DNA of 64,000 nt from Takakia lepidozioides (taxonomy: Eukaryota > Plantae > Bryophyta). The position numbers and the translations under genes are program-made. Positions 13,161 to 26,460 of the stretch are shown here, one piece after another. Every line of letters begins with the position of its first letter. Positions within the stretch are counted from its first letter, which is position 1. The DNA lies in contig CM060731.1 of the NCBI GenBank assembly GCA_030704615.1, positions 54,808,001 to 54,872,000 on the forward strand, in the 5' to 3' direction. Under the pieces are notes generated by a model, which was not told where the DNA came from, made no database searches, and saw nothing but the letters and a program-made list of their open reading frames with translations.

Positions 13161-14099
13161 CAGGGATGCCTCGGCGTGAGCCTGTGAGCGCAGCGGCGCT
13201 CACGCCATGTCATCGACCTTAAACACCACGTCAATGCGCGCCAAGTAAGAAACAGAGTGTATTTCCGCGGTTGAGGGTGCTTTCATGTCATTTACCACTG
13301 GGGTAACGACTCATTTTGAGTCATAAAAGTCAAAAAATTGGGATCGACTGGAAGTTACAAACGACTAGTTACAACAGACGTGGTAGTTGGGTTGGACATC
13401 CAATGATTGGAGTGGTAAAGGACGCAGACGCGCGAACAACTGCTCAACGATTTAATGTGATTAATGCTGAAGAACCACGTGGTGTAACCAGACGGGCCGC
13501 CTGTGTGTTTGACTTTTTGGGCTGACTTTGACTTTTTCCTCCGGATGGGGACGTGGACGTAGACAACGATGTGGACGCCGACGTGGCGGCGCCACAATGA
13601 GCAGCACTGCTGCCACGTGGCCACGGGCCCGGGGCGCCACGTGGTAGTAGACCACATAACTTGCAGTGCTACATGCCCAGTGGCAATTGCGACTGCGGAA
13701 GTTGGCGCAACCACTGCTTTACTACTTTAAATGAAGTGCTCGAAATTACTTGAACAATCATTCATAGTGATTCATGCTTTGAAGTTTTGGTGTTTGTAAT
13801 GAGTCGACTAGTACATACGCATGTAATGCCATACAAGAGAACTAATCATGCATTAGAAATGCACAAACGATGAAAGACATGCCATGAAACAAAATGAATG
13901 AAATGAAACAAAATGGTACTTTATTACATCTGCGGAAAGCTCAAAGAGCTTATGGGACAAAATGAAAAAAACAAAGTAAAAAAGCAGCCCAAAAGCTACT
14001 GCTGCTCTGGGGATTGCCTAAGGGTCAAGGCCTCGTGCAAGTAAGCTGCCAAGCAGTTCTGATCCTCATAATGCAAGACTTCAGTGAGTTCCACGGAAT

Positions 14100-15190
14100 A
14101 GACCATCTACCCATGGAGGTTTCTTGTAGTTATTGATCCACACGGAATCATAGGTAATTTTGTGCTTGAAATTTGGCCCTCTAGGATGAATCTGGACCCA
14201 CATTCTATCCCTGCTCCTTCAGCTATCCATGCCCCTTCACAAATCATGCATTCATCCTTGCCTTGCTGCTAGGAGCTAACAATAACAGCCTAGATTTGTT
14301 CAGCTAGGAAACACCCAACTCAACTTATCACACTAGTTCTTATGCTCAATTGCGTCTGCTACTCTCTGAAATGTAGCAGGCATTCACCTTTTTGCCTCGA
14401 GTGTCCCATCATTGACTGGGGGCAGAAAAGTATTCATTCCACAGCTTCTCCTCATGTCTGTTACTTGTTTTTTGATACTTTCGTGTTGTCACATAGCAAT
14501 ATCATGTCAAAGTCACTCCAAACTAGATTCACTCAACCAGCTAACTTGCAAAATTCAACATGGAAATTTTGGGCCGATTCTGATAAGAGGGAAAAACAGG
14601 GTGAAATGTGCTGAAGAAGATGTCTTTATTAACAATGTCTGATTTTTATCAATTGTGACGTTGCTGCCAGTTGACCATCTACCCATGCAAGTTTCTTGTA
14701 GTTTCATAGTTAATCTGGAGCTTGAAGTCCGGCCCTCTTGGGTGAATCTGCACCCACACTCTATCCCTGCTCTTTCAGCTATTCATGCCTCGCACGAATC
14801 ATGCATACAACCTTGCCTTGTTGCTAGCAGTTGACGATGACAGCCTAGACTTATTCTAGGAAGCACCCAACTCAACTTATCACACTAGTTCCTACGCTCA
14901 ATTGTATCTGCTACTCTCTATAATCCAACAAATATTCACCTTCTTGCCTCGATTGTCCCACCATTGACTGGGGTCAGAAAAATATTCATTCCACAACTTC
15001 TCCTCGTCTGTGTTACCTGTTTCTGATAATTTCCTGTTGTCACATTGGCAGAATCATGTCAAAGTCACTCCAAACTATCAAAGCTTCACTCAACCAGCTA
15101 ACTTGCAAAATTCAGACATGAATAATTAGGGGCGATTCTGATAAGAGGGGAAAACAAGGTGAAATTGAAGAAGGTGCCTTCATTAGCAGT
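14100..15190 (+). repeat. Tandem pair of a ~550-bp repeat (about 14100-14640 and 14673-15190)
   Basis: GACCATCTACCCATG ... ACCCAACTCAACTTATCACACTAG ... GAAGAAG.TG.CTT.ATTA.CA occurs twice here and again at 51421-51900, with partial copies at about 51160 and 52072. Confidence 0.85.
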
Positions 15191-16279
15191 CATTAGCACA
15201 TAACTATGAAAGCTATCAAAACAAAAATTGTTCTAAAGCCAGACATTTTAACACACGTTTATGGATGAAACCCATGAAAAACACTTTGCAAAACTACAAA
15301 ACTTACAAAACACCTCTCAAACCAACCCAGTTCCAAACAACAAGAACGATTCTAGATGATACACACTTTGTTTGCCATATCCAATGCATCATAATTAGTT
15401 GTCAGCCTTACATAAGCCTTCTCCAGTCCATCAGGCCTGTTGCACAAAATTGCAAGCCCAGAGGTAAGAATACATGTAATAAGCACCCAAAGGGGAATAG
15501 TCCCTGCTCTACCAAGCCAGCCTTGAGGTTCCATTCTAAGCTTGAGATTGCGACTTGACACAGCTAACAACAATCATGTCAGCTGATTGAGTATTCCTGA
15601 AGATCTTGAAAATAATCAATCATGGTAATCTCAGGTTGTCGCCCACACAATAAGAGAGGGTGTGATCGTAACTCAGGCAGGGCTACTCCAACCCTACATG
15701 ACAAGTGGATTCTGTTTCAGAGTGAAAAGGATAGCATAGCATTCTGGCAGGCAAAGAATTGGTATGCTCTTGAGAAAACGAGCGGTATACTTTGTGAGGG
15801 GACTGCTTCTCATCCAAAGGCACTACAGCTTGTGGATGTACCATCATGCCTACCATGACAAAGAGGTGAGAATTTGTGAAAAGCCTCACGTCAGCCATGA
15901 AGACAACATATTCAGTCCAGATCATACCTTATCAAAGTGTTAATCTTCTTTGTCTAGATGTCAATCGTACATCTTCTTCACTTGAAATCCGGCCCTCTTA
16001 TGAATCTGGACCCACACTCTATCCCTGAAGCCAAACCTGGAGTTATTGCCAATGTGGCACCAGGAATTATCCAAAAACAGATAACGTAGATGTGGAGAAG
16101 CTCGTTGGTGAATCTATGGTGGTTTTGTAGTGATTTTGACATGTTACTGTAGGTAGGGTTGGGGTGTTTCCTCGAAGAACTTCACGCCGTCAGTGTCAGC
16201 TGCTTCAGCTGCTAGCAGCAAGGCTGAAGATGTATTCATGGTTTGTACACAGGCATGGATAGCTGAAGCTATCCATAGT

Positions 16280-19135
16280 TCAGGCTGACATCTAGTACAT
16301 TTCCAGCTTTGACTATGTCTCCATGAACCAGTAAACAGATGCAAAAGCAAAGGACAATGTAATTGCTCCATGCATGTAAGCCCCCAAGCATTTCTGATCC
16401 TCATAATGGGAGTAGACCTAGAGGGGGTTGTGTCCAAAACTGTAGAGGTTTGGTGCCCAAAGACTGTCCTCGAAAATGAGGTTAGACATAAACTACCCTA
16501 GACTTGTTTTCAATCTATGACAAGAGCAAAGACCTGATCTCATGATCTCAGCAAACACCCCTTTATAATGTCACCATGGACCTTATAATTGTCCTTCTCT
16601 AGGGCTGCCAAGCTTGCACATACAATGCGCATTGCAAACACAAAGAAACTCGATGTGGTCAATTAAACACACCTTAATTCATGCACCGTTTGCTTAGAGG
16701 TCTTCAAGGACTCCATCCCATTGTACATATCCTGCAATCATGGGCTCCATGATCATACCACATTTCGTTCAGCCATATTGTTGAACACTCCCTTTGCATC
16801 CTTGATGCACCCACATTTGGCATACATGTCTATGTAAGGGTACTATTCAGAATGACATATGGTACAATTCCAGCTTTGACGATGTCACCATGGACCTCTT
16901 TGCCCTCTTGGCCTCGACCTGGCCAGGCTGCACTCCTTCCCGCAACATTTGCTCATATGTCTCCAATTCCTCTTTGAGCTTGGCATACATCTCCACAAGA
17001 GTATTGTTCATAATGAAATCTGCCACAATTCTAGCTTTGACGATGCACTTTGCCCTTCTCCAGCAAGCTCGCACATGCACTACAAACACAAACAAACGTA
17101 ATTTGTGGTCGGACTTCACCCCCTCCCAAACCATTTGCTCATAGGTCTCCAAAACCTGCAATCCCCACCCCTGTTGTGCATGTCCTGCGATTAGCACGTT
17201 CCACGACACCACATTTTGCTCAGCCATATTGTTGAACACTCCCTGTCCACAAGGGTACTGTTCAGAATGACATCTGTCACAATTCCAGCTTTGACGATGC
17301 AACCATGGACCTCTTTGCCCTTCCCCAGCAGGCTCGCACATGCACTACAAATGCAAGCAAAACTGGTTGTGGCAAACTGGGAGCAATATGTGTCAGAAGA
17401 AACCACTGATACAAATCTACAGCTTACAAGCTGTCTCTATCCTCAAAATTGGCAGCACATCACCCGCTGCCATGACATATATTGCCCTAGACACACATTG
17501 CCCTAACTGCCATCCCCCAAGATGCTACCCCCACCAGACTTCTCTCACTTGGGTCCTTGCAAGGCTGACTTCCAGCTCTGACTCTGTGCGTGGGGCCTAT
17601 CGGCCAACATACACCAGCAAGCCCTCCCCCTATCCTGCATCAACTCATCTCAGTCTTACCAAGGTGTCATCACAGATGGAGACCCTGGAAAATGCCTTTG
17701 CCCAGGAGATGAAGAACATTAGGCAACTAGAAACGTGGGGGGCTGCATATGCTCTGCAGTCAACTTGGCTTGTTGAATGCTTGCATAAGAGATGAGGGAT
17801 TGCTGTCAGTACACGGCATTGATTTCATCAAATCCTACAGCAGCCCACCATCGCTGCCCACTGCTTACAAACTGCCACAAAATCAGTTTCACATGACTTA
17901 CAGATGATTGGTGATTGGCAAGGCCCCTCGCCATGGGCCACATTAATTGTATGTTGCAGCCCAGAACAATGACGGGAAGTCATCTAGGGCAGCAAACCCC
18001 ATCTTGGCAGCGTCTTTTGTGTGAGAGAAGTCAAGCTGAACCTGCTCATCATATTGAGTGGGTGGACCAGATGTAAAGCTGCCAAGCCAACCACACTCAT
18101 ATTCGCACTCGACCAATATAAGCTGGAGCCATTTTCAGATTAGGAGTACCCGTGTTTTAAGAATACTCCTTCTTCAACTTGCGGTGAACGGGCAGAAAAC
18201 TTCACAATGTGCAGGAGATTAATGGACCAAGATGCGGACCTGAATTAGGTATCCAGTTGGGCAATGCTGGTTTCAAAACCCCGTTCCATCCCTGCGTTTT
18301 GAAGATCTGGCTTGAATGGGCACACTCCGGCAATGGAAGGCTCACGGAGTAATGAGTTTGGGCTGATATGCATGCTGACATGTCATGCCGGTGCAAAGAA
18401 CAGCGCTCTGAGTGGTGATTGTGATCTCAAAATCTGCCCCTGCATTTAAGCTGATTTCTCTCTCGAGCAGAGCCGCCTTGTGGATGTTCCAGCCAGTGTC
18501 CAAAAACAAGCTCAAGTGCAAGACAACAACATCAGCAAGGCATGGTTAGCTAAGCAAGGTCATGGTGGGGAGGCATTTGAACTCTCTGAACGTAATGTGG
18601 TCGGACTTCACCCCCTCCCACATCAACTGCTCATAGGTCTCCAAAACCCGCAATCCCCACCCATGTTGTGCATGTCCTGCGATCATCACGTTCCACCACA
18701 CCACATTTCGCTCAGCCATATTGTTGAACACTCCTTGTCCACAAAGGAATGCTCCCACGTTTGGCATACATGTCGACAAGGTATTGTTACATCTCGTACA
18801 GTTCCAGCTTTGACGATGTCACTATGGACCTCTTTGCCCTTTATCAGGTCTCCAAGTCTCCAGGGCTGCCAGGTTTGCACATGCATTGCAAACACAAATG
18901 AACGTGACCCGGTCAGGCTGCACCCCTTCTTGCAACATTTGCTCATATGTCTCCAATGCCCTCATCCCGCACACATGCTGGCCATATCTTGCGAGATTCA
19001 GCGTGTTCCATGAGACAACATCTCGTTCAGCCATGTTATCAAACCCTCCCTTCGCAACTTCATAGGTCTCCAAAGCCTCCATCCCACGTCCCCGCTGTGC
19101 ATACCCTGCAAGCATCACACTCCACGACACTACAT
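16280..19135 (-). pseudogene. Scrambled PLS-type PPR fragments
   Basis: VFNNMAE.NVVSWN.LIAGHAQQG.G...LETYEQM..EGV.PD.VTF, GKEVHG.IVKAGI and LV.MYAKCG motifs in several broken frames. Confidence 0.85.
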
Positions 19136-19168
19136 ATCGGCAAAACAGGCTGAAATAGGTCGAAGAAG

Positions 19169-22100
19169 ACCAGCCATGCCATTTTATGGCGAACCACCAC
19201 GAAAACCCTCGACTCCCGGTGATGAGTCGCGGTGAGTCTTGGCCCACTCACCACGACCCCTATGGACCGTGATGAGTCCCAAGACTCCCCACGACTCCCA
19301 CCACGAGGTCTCCGCCCCCATGGTGAGTCCTATGCCACCCCCACTAAGTCCCGCTAAGCTACCACCACCCCTTGTGGAGCCACCCCCACCGCAACCCGGT
19401 GTGCGGGGCTCCACCTAGTGAGCGCCTCCGCCTCCTTGAGTGCCTTGGGCACTCAAGGGTGCTTCAGCCCCCCATACCTATCGCTGCCGCTGCCCCCACC
19501 ACAGGGGCAGCCCTTCATGTGTCTCGACCCCCTGCCCTTAAGGCAAAGGGCCGCGACACACACCCCTACCAACAGGGAGTCGATGTCCTCATCGACTTGT
19601 CCATTTTGTAGAAACGAACATCCAAGTTGTGGCGTCCCACATCAAGGAGTTTGTTTCCGCACCATGGCGTCCCATGGCAAAGAACCAAACCCCACACTTG
19701 ACTCTTCTCTCCACTAGCTAGTTCGGCCGACTTCCTCCAAGTCCCGGCCAAGGGTGGAGCCTCCCCAGCTCCTCCCAGTGCACTCTTCTTGGCCTACTTC
19801 AAGGCCAAGGAACGATCCTCCCCGAGGATCGAATCGCCTTACTGCAACAACATTGCTTGCGACCGCTCATGATGCCGCTTTTGGCATCACCTTGAGCAAG
19901 GGTTCACCTGGAACCCTCTTTGACTAGGAAGATAACCTTGAACTAACCGTGCGCCCCAATCACTACAATTGGGTCCGCCTTGGAATGCTGGCCTGAGGTA
20001 CGGGAACACGCCGAAGCCGCACTACGACTTCGTCCCGAGGCTACACGATTATAGTACGTGAACGGAAGCACGTAGCTTCCGCGTTAGCCCGCACTACAAG
20101 GCAACCGCCTCGGTAGCGCAGTTATAGTATGCGCACGCGCCAGGTGCGCACTAGCACGTGAACTCCCAAAGAAGGTGCAAGTTTCTTTGCCCTTGGATGG
20201 GAGTCACCCGATTTCGGCACTGCGCAAACACACGATTAACCCAATTTACCTCTCCCACTTTTGTAAGCTAGCATGCATTCTACACACTAGCCAACCACAC
20301 CATGCATCCCCATTCCAAACAAAATAGGACGCACGAAATTTGGAATCCATTTCCTTTATAACAAATTTTTGTACAATACAAGTTTTTGCAATCGGATTCC
20401 TGAGCTAGCTAAGCCGGGCTAAGCATGCATTTCCTCCCCACGCTCCAAGGTTGATGTCCCCATCAACGCTTCTTCCGCTTTTGAGGTCGCCCTTCGAAAA
20501 CTGCAACCGCCTCGGATGCGTTTCCCATTTCTGAGGCACGCACCCAAGATGCCTCCACATGATGATAGCCCTTCCATTTGACGAGATACTCCGTTTCTCG
20601 GTTTTTGAACCTCCTCGACTTAAGAACTGCCTCCACCTCGTACTCAGGTTCATTTTCATGATCCAACAGCACAGGTGGCGGACGCAACACTTGATGCCGA
20701 TTCGGACGCGCTTCATCTTTGAAGTAAGGCTTCAAAAGGGAGACATGGAATACTGGGTGTACCTTGCTGTTTGCCGGCAGCTCCAATTCATACACATCCT
20801 CATTCATAACCTTCCGAATGCGAAAGGGTCCCGCATACGGAGGTACGAACTTCGGACTCACTTCCGGAGGTAGTCGGAAATTCTTAATGTTCAACCAGAC
20901 CTCCGTGCCTGCCTCAAACTTCACTTCCCTCCGCTTCTGATTCGCCTGCCTTTCATACCGTTTCCTAGCTTTGGCAATGTTGTACTTTGCAGCTTCAACA
21001 AACGCTCGCGTTCTTCCAGTACTGCCGCTACTGCCGGTTCCTCAACGTCTTGGGCGGCCCAACTTGTCGGCACCAGAGGTGCTTTTCCATAGACCAATAC
21101 GAAAGGGGAAACTCCCGTTGCGGAGTGTTCTGTGTTATTATAACAGAACTCTGCCGCGTCTAAGTGTTCCATCCAGTCTGTTTGGTCTGCCGACACGTAA
21201 TTCCGCAAGATCTGCTTCACTACGGAATTCACTCTTTCTGTTTGGCCGTCGGTCGTAGGTCGGAAGGCGGTGCTCATCTTCAGCCTCGTCCCCATCTTCT
21301 TCCAAAGTGCCCTCCAAAATTTACTCGTAAACTTTGGATCGCGGTCCGAGACAATATCCTTCGGGACTCCATGATGCTTTAAGACGTGGGCGAAGTAAAG
21401 TCGTCCTGTCTCCTGCGCCGTTGCCTTCTCCTTGGTGGGGATGAAATGGCCCATTTTACTGAACCTATCCACCACCACCATGATTGCATCGAATCCTTTT
21501 GACAGCGGCATAGCAGTCATGAAATCCATCGAGACGCTTTCCCAAGTCCCCTCTGGAATCGGCAAGGGTTATAACAGCCCCGCTTGCTTTTTGTACTCGC
21601 TCCGGTTTTGTTGGCATGTGGTGCATGTCTTGACATACTCCTCCGCCTCCTCCCTCAGTTTAGGCCATAAATACTCTTTCTTTAAGAGTGCCGCAATGTG
21701 CTTGGCTCCGTCGTGGCCCGCAAGCGGGCTATCATGACATTCTCTCAAGAGGCTATCTCTGATCCCTCCCTTCGGCACGTAGAGACGCTTTTGCTTATAC
21801 CGGAGCAGTCCATTTTGCAAGGGGAACTGCGATTTAACCCCCATCCTCAAGTCCGGCATCATGGACTTCGCCAGCTCATCCTTCCGGCAAGCCTTCTGGA
21901 TCTTCCTTTGGAGCGCCGTCTCGCCCTTGTACACCAACAAGAGCTGCTGCTTTCTACCTAAAGCATCGGCCACCACGTTGTCTCGTCCCGGTTTGTACTG
22001 GATATCCACGTCGAACACCGCCAAAGTATCTTGCCACCTAAGTTGTTTTTGGGGACAACTTGGGCTGCGTGGCAAAATACTTCACCGTGACATTGTCCGT

Positions 22101-25100
22101 GAACACTTCACTGGGTTGGAACCAACATAGTGGCGCCAAAGCTCAAGACAGTGCACCACCGCCTTCATCTCTTTCTCATGCGTTGGCCACCGTCGCTCCA
22201 CTTCATTTAGTTTCTTACTTTCGTAAGCCACTGGACGTCCATCTTGCATCAGTACACCCCCAATCGCGAAGTCCGACGCATCTGTATGTATCTCGAACGG
22301 ACGATCGAACTCCGGGATTTTCAAGACTGGAGCTTCCGCCATCCGCTGCTTCAATTCAGCAAAAGCTTGGCCACAAAATGTGTTCCATGCCCAAACTTTA
22401 GATTTACACAGAAGGTCTGACAGCGGCCCCGCGATTTTGGCGAAATTTCTCACATACTTCCAGTAATAGGAGGCGAGTCCTAGGAAGGATCGCACTCCCG
22501 GGACCGAAGTCGGAGGCTCCCAGTCCAAGATCGCCCTCACCTTTCTGTCATCCATTTTGATCCCATCCTGTGTAATTACATGCCCCAGGAACTCCACTTT
22601 TGTGACCCCGAATTCGCACTTTGAAGCTTTGGCATACAGCTTCCCTTCTCGCAATTTCTGGAACACCCTTTTGAGGTGCTCCAGGTGCTCCTCTTTTGTT
22701 TTCGAATACACCAAAATGTCGTCAATGTACACGATCACAAAGTCATCCAACCACTCCTGGAAAAGGCTGTTCATCAGCGTGCTAAATGTCGCTGGTGCAT
22801 TGGTGAGCCCAAAAGGCATCACCAAGAACCATATGAACCATACCTTGTCATGCACGCGGTCTTCTCCTCGTCTCCTTCCGCCACTCGAATTTGATGATAG
22901 CCGGAGCGCAGATCGATCCGGCTGAAATACTTCGCTCCTGCCAACCGATCGAAAAGGTCGTCGATCCTTGGCAAAGGGTACCAGTTTTTGATAGTCACCT
23001 TATTCAAAGCCCTGTAATCGACACACATCCGCAGCGTCCCATCCTTTTTATCTGCAAATAGCACCGGGGCTCCGTAAGGTGACTTACTCGGCCGGATGTA
23101 CCCCTTTGACATTAGATCTTTGAGCTGAGTCTTCAGCTCGACCAACTCTCTGTGGCTCAACCGGTAGGGCGCCTTGGCAGGCGGTTCCGATCCCGGTATC
23201 ACCTCAATCTTGTGGTCAACTCCTCTTCGCGGTGGCAAGCCGCTTGGCAAATCCTCCGGCATCACATCATGGTATTTCTCCAAAATCCCCTTCATCCAAT
23301 CTGGGCTCGGCTCTCCATCGCCTTCTCCCTTCACTTCTCTAATGTAGAGCAAAAATTGGGGCTCGTGTGCCTCCTCCACGGCCCACTCCCTTGCTGATAG
23401 AAGGTTTATTCGCCCTCCCACGGGTTTGGGCGTTTCCGAAACTCGTAAGACCTCGCCACCATTCCAACATGGCAGCGTGACTACCCTCTTGCGGCCATCT
23501 ATGACCGCTCCGGATTTGCTCAAAAAGGTCATCCCCAAAATGAGATCCACTCCATCGATCTTGCAGACGGTGAAGTTTTCGCGTCCCTCCCAACTCCCCA
23601 GTTGAAGAGGAACATCGAACGCCAACCTCGTCGCCAATTGCGGTTCTCCTTTGGCAGAACGCACCTCAATAGAGGCCCCTACGTCAGTTGTCGGGAGTCC
23701 CAACTTTTGTGCCGTTGCCGGTGTCATGAAGGAGTGCGACGCTCCTGTGTCCACCAACAATGACACGTTAGTTCCGGATATTATCCCATCCACGAACAAT
23801 AAGTGACTCCCTTTACGCAATGCGCCAGTTTCTTGATACAACTCACAAGAATATTTGCCTACCTTGCAAGTCCTGGTGACCACCGCTTCCACCAAGCGAC
23901 TGATGGTATCTTCCGACATCTCTGTAGTCGCCCGAGTCATGTTCAATTGCCGGGGCTTCGTGCACTTCTTGGCCATGTGCCCGGGTTCCCCACAATTGAA
24001 ACACACTCCAACAAAGGTTGCCTTCTGTCCGCCATAGGCCGCTCCACCCGCTTTTCCTTTCGAAGCACCGGGTGCCGCCTTGACTTGTGATGGCCCTCCC
24101 TTCGATTTCCACATGCTGTTGTCGCCGCGTGGCCTATCCCACTTCTTTTTCGGTCGGAAGGAGTCACCTTCCCGCCGGTCTTCTTGTGGTTCAGCTCCGT
24201 ACGGCCTTGTCTTTCACCCCTAGGGACATCTGAGAAACATTCAGCCCTCTCAATTGCCTCGTTCAAAGTCTTAGGTGGCTTCTCCTCCAACTTCCGCCTG
24301 GCCCATGGGGCCAACCCCGCCACAAAGTTGAAGACCATTTCTGGTTCCGCCATATCCGCGACTTCGAGCAACAGCACATTGAAAGCCTGGACATATCCCC
24401 GAATGTCATCTGTTTGCTTCAAATTCCTCATCTTGTCCCGGGCAAGCCAGGACGCATTGAGGGGCACAAACTGTCTCTTCATCAATTCCTTGAACCCACT
24501 CCAGTTCAAGGTTTCCGGACTTGGACCTCGGTCGTGAAGGCGTTTCTGCCACCATTGTTGAGCATAGCCCCTCAAATAGGTGGGAGCCACTTCCACCCGA
24601 TCCTCGTCACTCAACTTGGCCGCCCGGAAGTACTACTCTAGCTCCAAGAGCCAGGTGTTGAGTGCCTTCCGATTTCGGATGCCCTCGAAGGTGTCGGGTT
24701 CCTTAGGCTTCATCTTAAATTTTGCCTTAGTGGAAGTGGCATTAGCCGCCCTCAACACGTCTTTCAGCGTCCCGCCAAACTGCGCCAACAACCCTTCCCA
24801 AAAGGCTGCCGGCATGGGAGGCATCTGTTGGTCGGTCGGAGCTCTCACGGATTCCTCGGGCTCCGACTCCTCGGATTCCTCCCGCTCTTGAGCGGCCTTG
24901 TTTTCGGAAACGTGCATCGCTCCCTCAAACGGCCGCCTCGGTGACACGTCGCCCCCATCGGGCTCACCAGGATCATCATCTTTTGGGCCATTCCGCTTTC
25001 GCTTTGGCTTGCCCGACCCCATGATGAGGCCAATCCCAAGGACGATCGCGTACTGAACTCTAAGCTCTGATACCAAGTGTCGCGCACCTCACTTCGGTAA

Positions 25101-25799
25101 GCTCCCCTTCAAGTCATAGATACTCGCTTTGATGCGCGCGCCTGACTCCCAACCTGGCCGCCGGGCCAACTTGGAGCTTCGGCTGCTCACCGGGACATAA
25201 CGGTCCCCCTTCGCTTCCCACTAAACCCTCCACCTATTTGGGCCTAGTGGAATTCCCTTTGGTTGATGGTAGTCTGGAACAGCTCCCCACTCTTTGGTCG
25301 CTTTCCGGCTCGCACGCTTACTCACTAGTTTTTGGTCACCAACGGGCTTGCACCGTTCTCGGGGTTACTACTCCCTATATATACTTCTGAAGCTGTCCGC
25401 GGGGGTTTCACAACCAGCCATGCCATTTTATGGCGAACCACCACGAGAACCCTCGACTCCCAGTGATGAGTCGCGGTGAGTCTTGGCCTACTCACCACGA
25501 CCCCTATGGACCGTGATGAGTCCCAAGACCCACGACTCCCACCACGAGGTCTCCGCCCCCATGGTGAGTCCTATGCCACCCCCACTAAGTCCCGCTAAGC
25601 TACCACCACCCCTTGTGGAGCCACCCCCACCGCAACCCGGTGTGCGGGGCTCCACCTAGTGAGCGCCTCCGCCTCCTTGAGTGCCTTGGGCACTCAAGGG
25701 TGCTTCAGCCCCCCATACTTATCGCTGCCGCTGCCCCCACCACAGGGGCAGCCCTTCATGTGTCTCGACCCCCTGCCCTTAAGGCAAAGGGCCGCGACA
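19169..25799 (-). mobile_element. Ty3/gypsy chromovirus LTR retrotransposon, copy 1 (defective; 3' LTR truncated)
   Basis: 5' LTR 25078-25799 (TGTCGCG...CGCGACA); tRNA-iMet PBS TGGTATCAGAGC at 25064-25075; gag with CCHC knuckle, protease LVDTGAS, RT VYIDD, RNase H TDASD, integrase and chromodomain (YEVEAVL...YLVKWKGY...SWV, 20463-20924); polypurine tract (PPT) near 19560-19570; 3' LTR remnant 19169-19558; several stops and frameshifts. Confidence 0.95.
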
Positions 25800-26460
25800 C
25801 AAGAGGAGTTGCCCTTGTGGTGGGGACAGTAGCAGCAATAGGTACGGGGGCTGAAGCACCCTTGAGTGCCCAAGGCACTCAAAGAGGCGGAGGCGCTCAC
25901 TAGGTGGAGCCCCGCACACCAGGTTGCGGTGGGGGTGGCATATGACTCACCATGGGGCGGCATATGACTCACCATGGGGCGGAGACCCTGTGGTGGGAGT
26001 CGTGGGGAGTCTTGGGACTCATTACGGTCCATTGGGGCCGTGGTGGGTAGGCCAAGACTCACCGCGACTCATCACCGGGAGTCAAGTGTCTTCGTGGTGG
26101 TTCGCTATAAAAGAAGGTGTTGTTTGTGAAACCCCCGTGGACAGTCACAGAAGTATATATAGGGAGTAGTAACCCCGATAATGGTGCAAGCCCGTTGGTG
26201 ACCAAAAACTAGTGAGTAAGCGTGCGAACCGGAAAACGACCAAGGTATGGGAGCTGTTCCGGACTGCCAACAACCAAAGGGAATTTTCACTAGGCCCAAA
26301 GTGAGCGAGGGTCTTGTGGAGGAGCAAAGGGGGACCGTTATGTCTTGGTGAGCAGCCGAAGCTCCGAGTTGGCTCGGCGGCCAGTTTGGGAGTTAGGCGC
26401 GCGCATCAAAGTGAATAACTATGACGTGAAGGGGAGCTTACCGAAGTGAGGTGCACGACA
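25800..26460 (+). mobile_element. Older, diverged LTR of the same family in opposite orientation
   Basis: Ends GGGGAGCTTACCGAAGTGAGGTGCACGACA, the reverse complement of the LTR end at 25078; lacks about the first 40 bp. Confidence 0.85.

Noticed and set aside
13165-13720. G-box (CCACGTGG) promoter cluster
   Set aside because: No adjacent gene start; more likely a decayed transposon terminal region.
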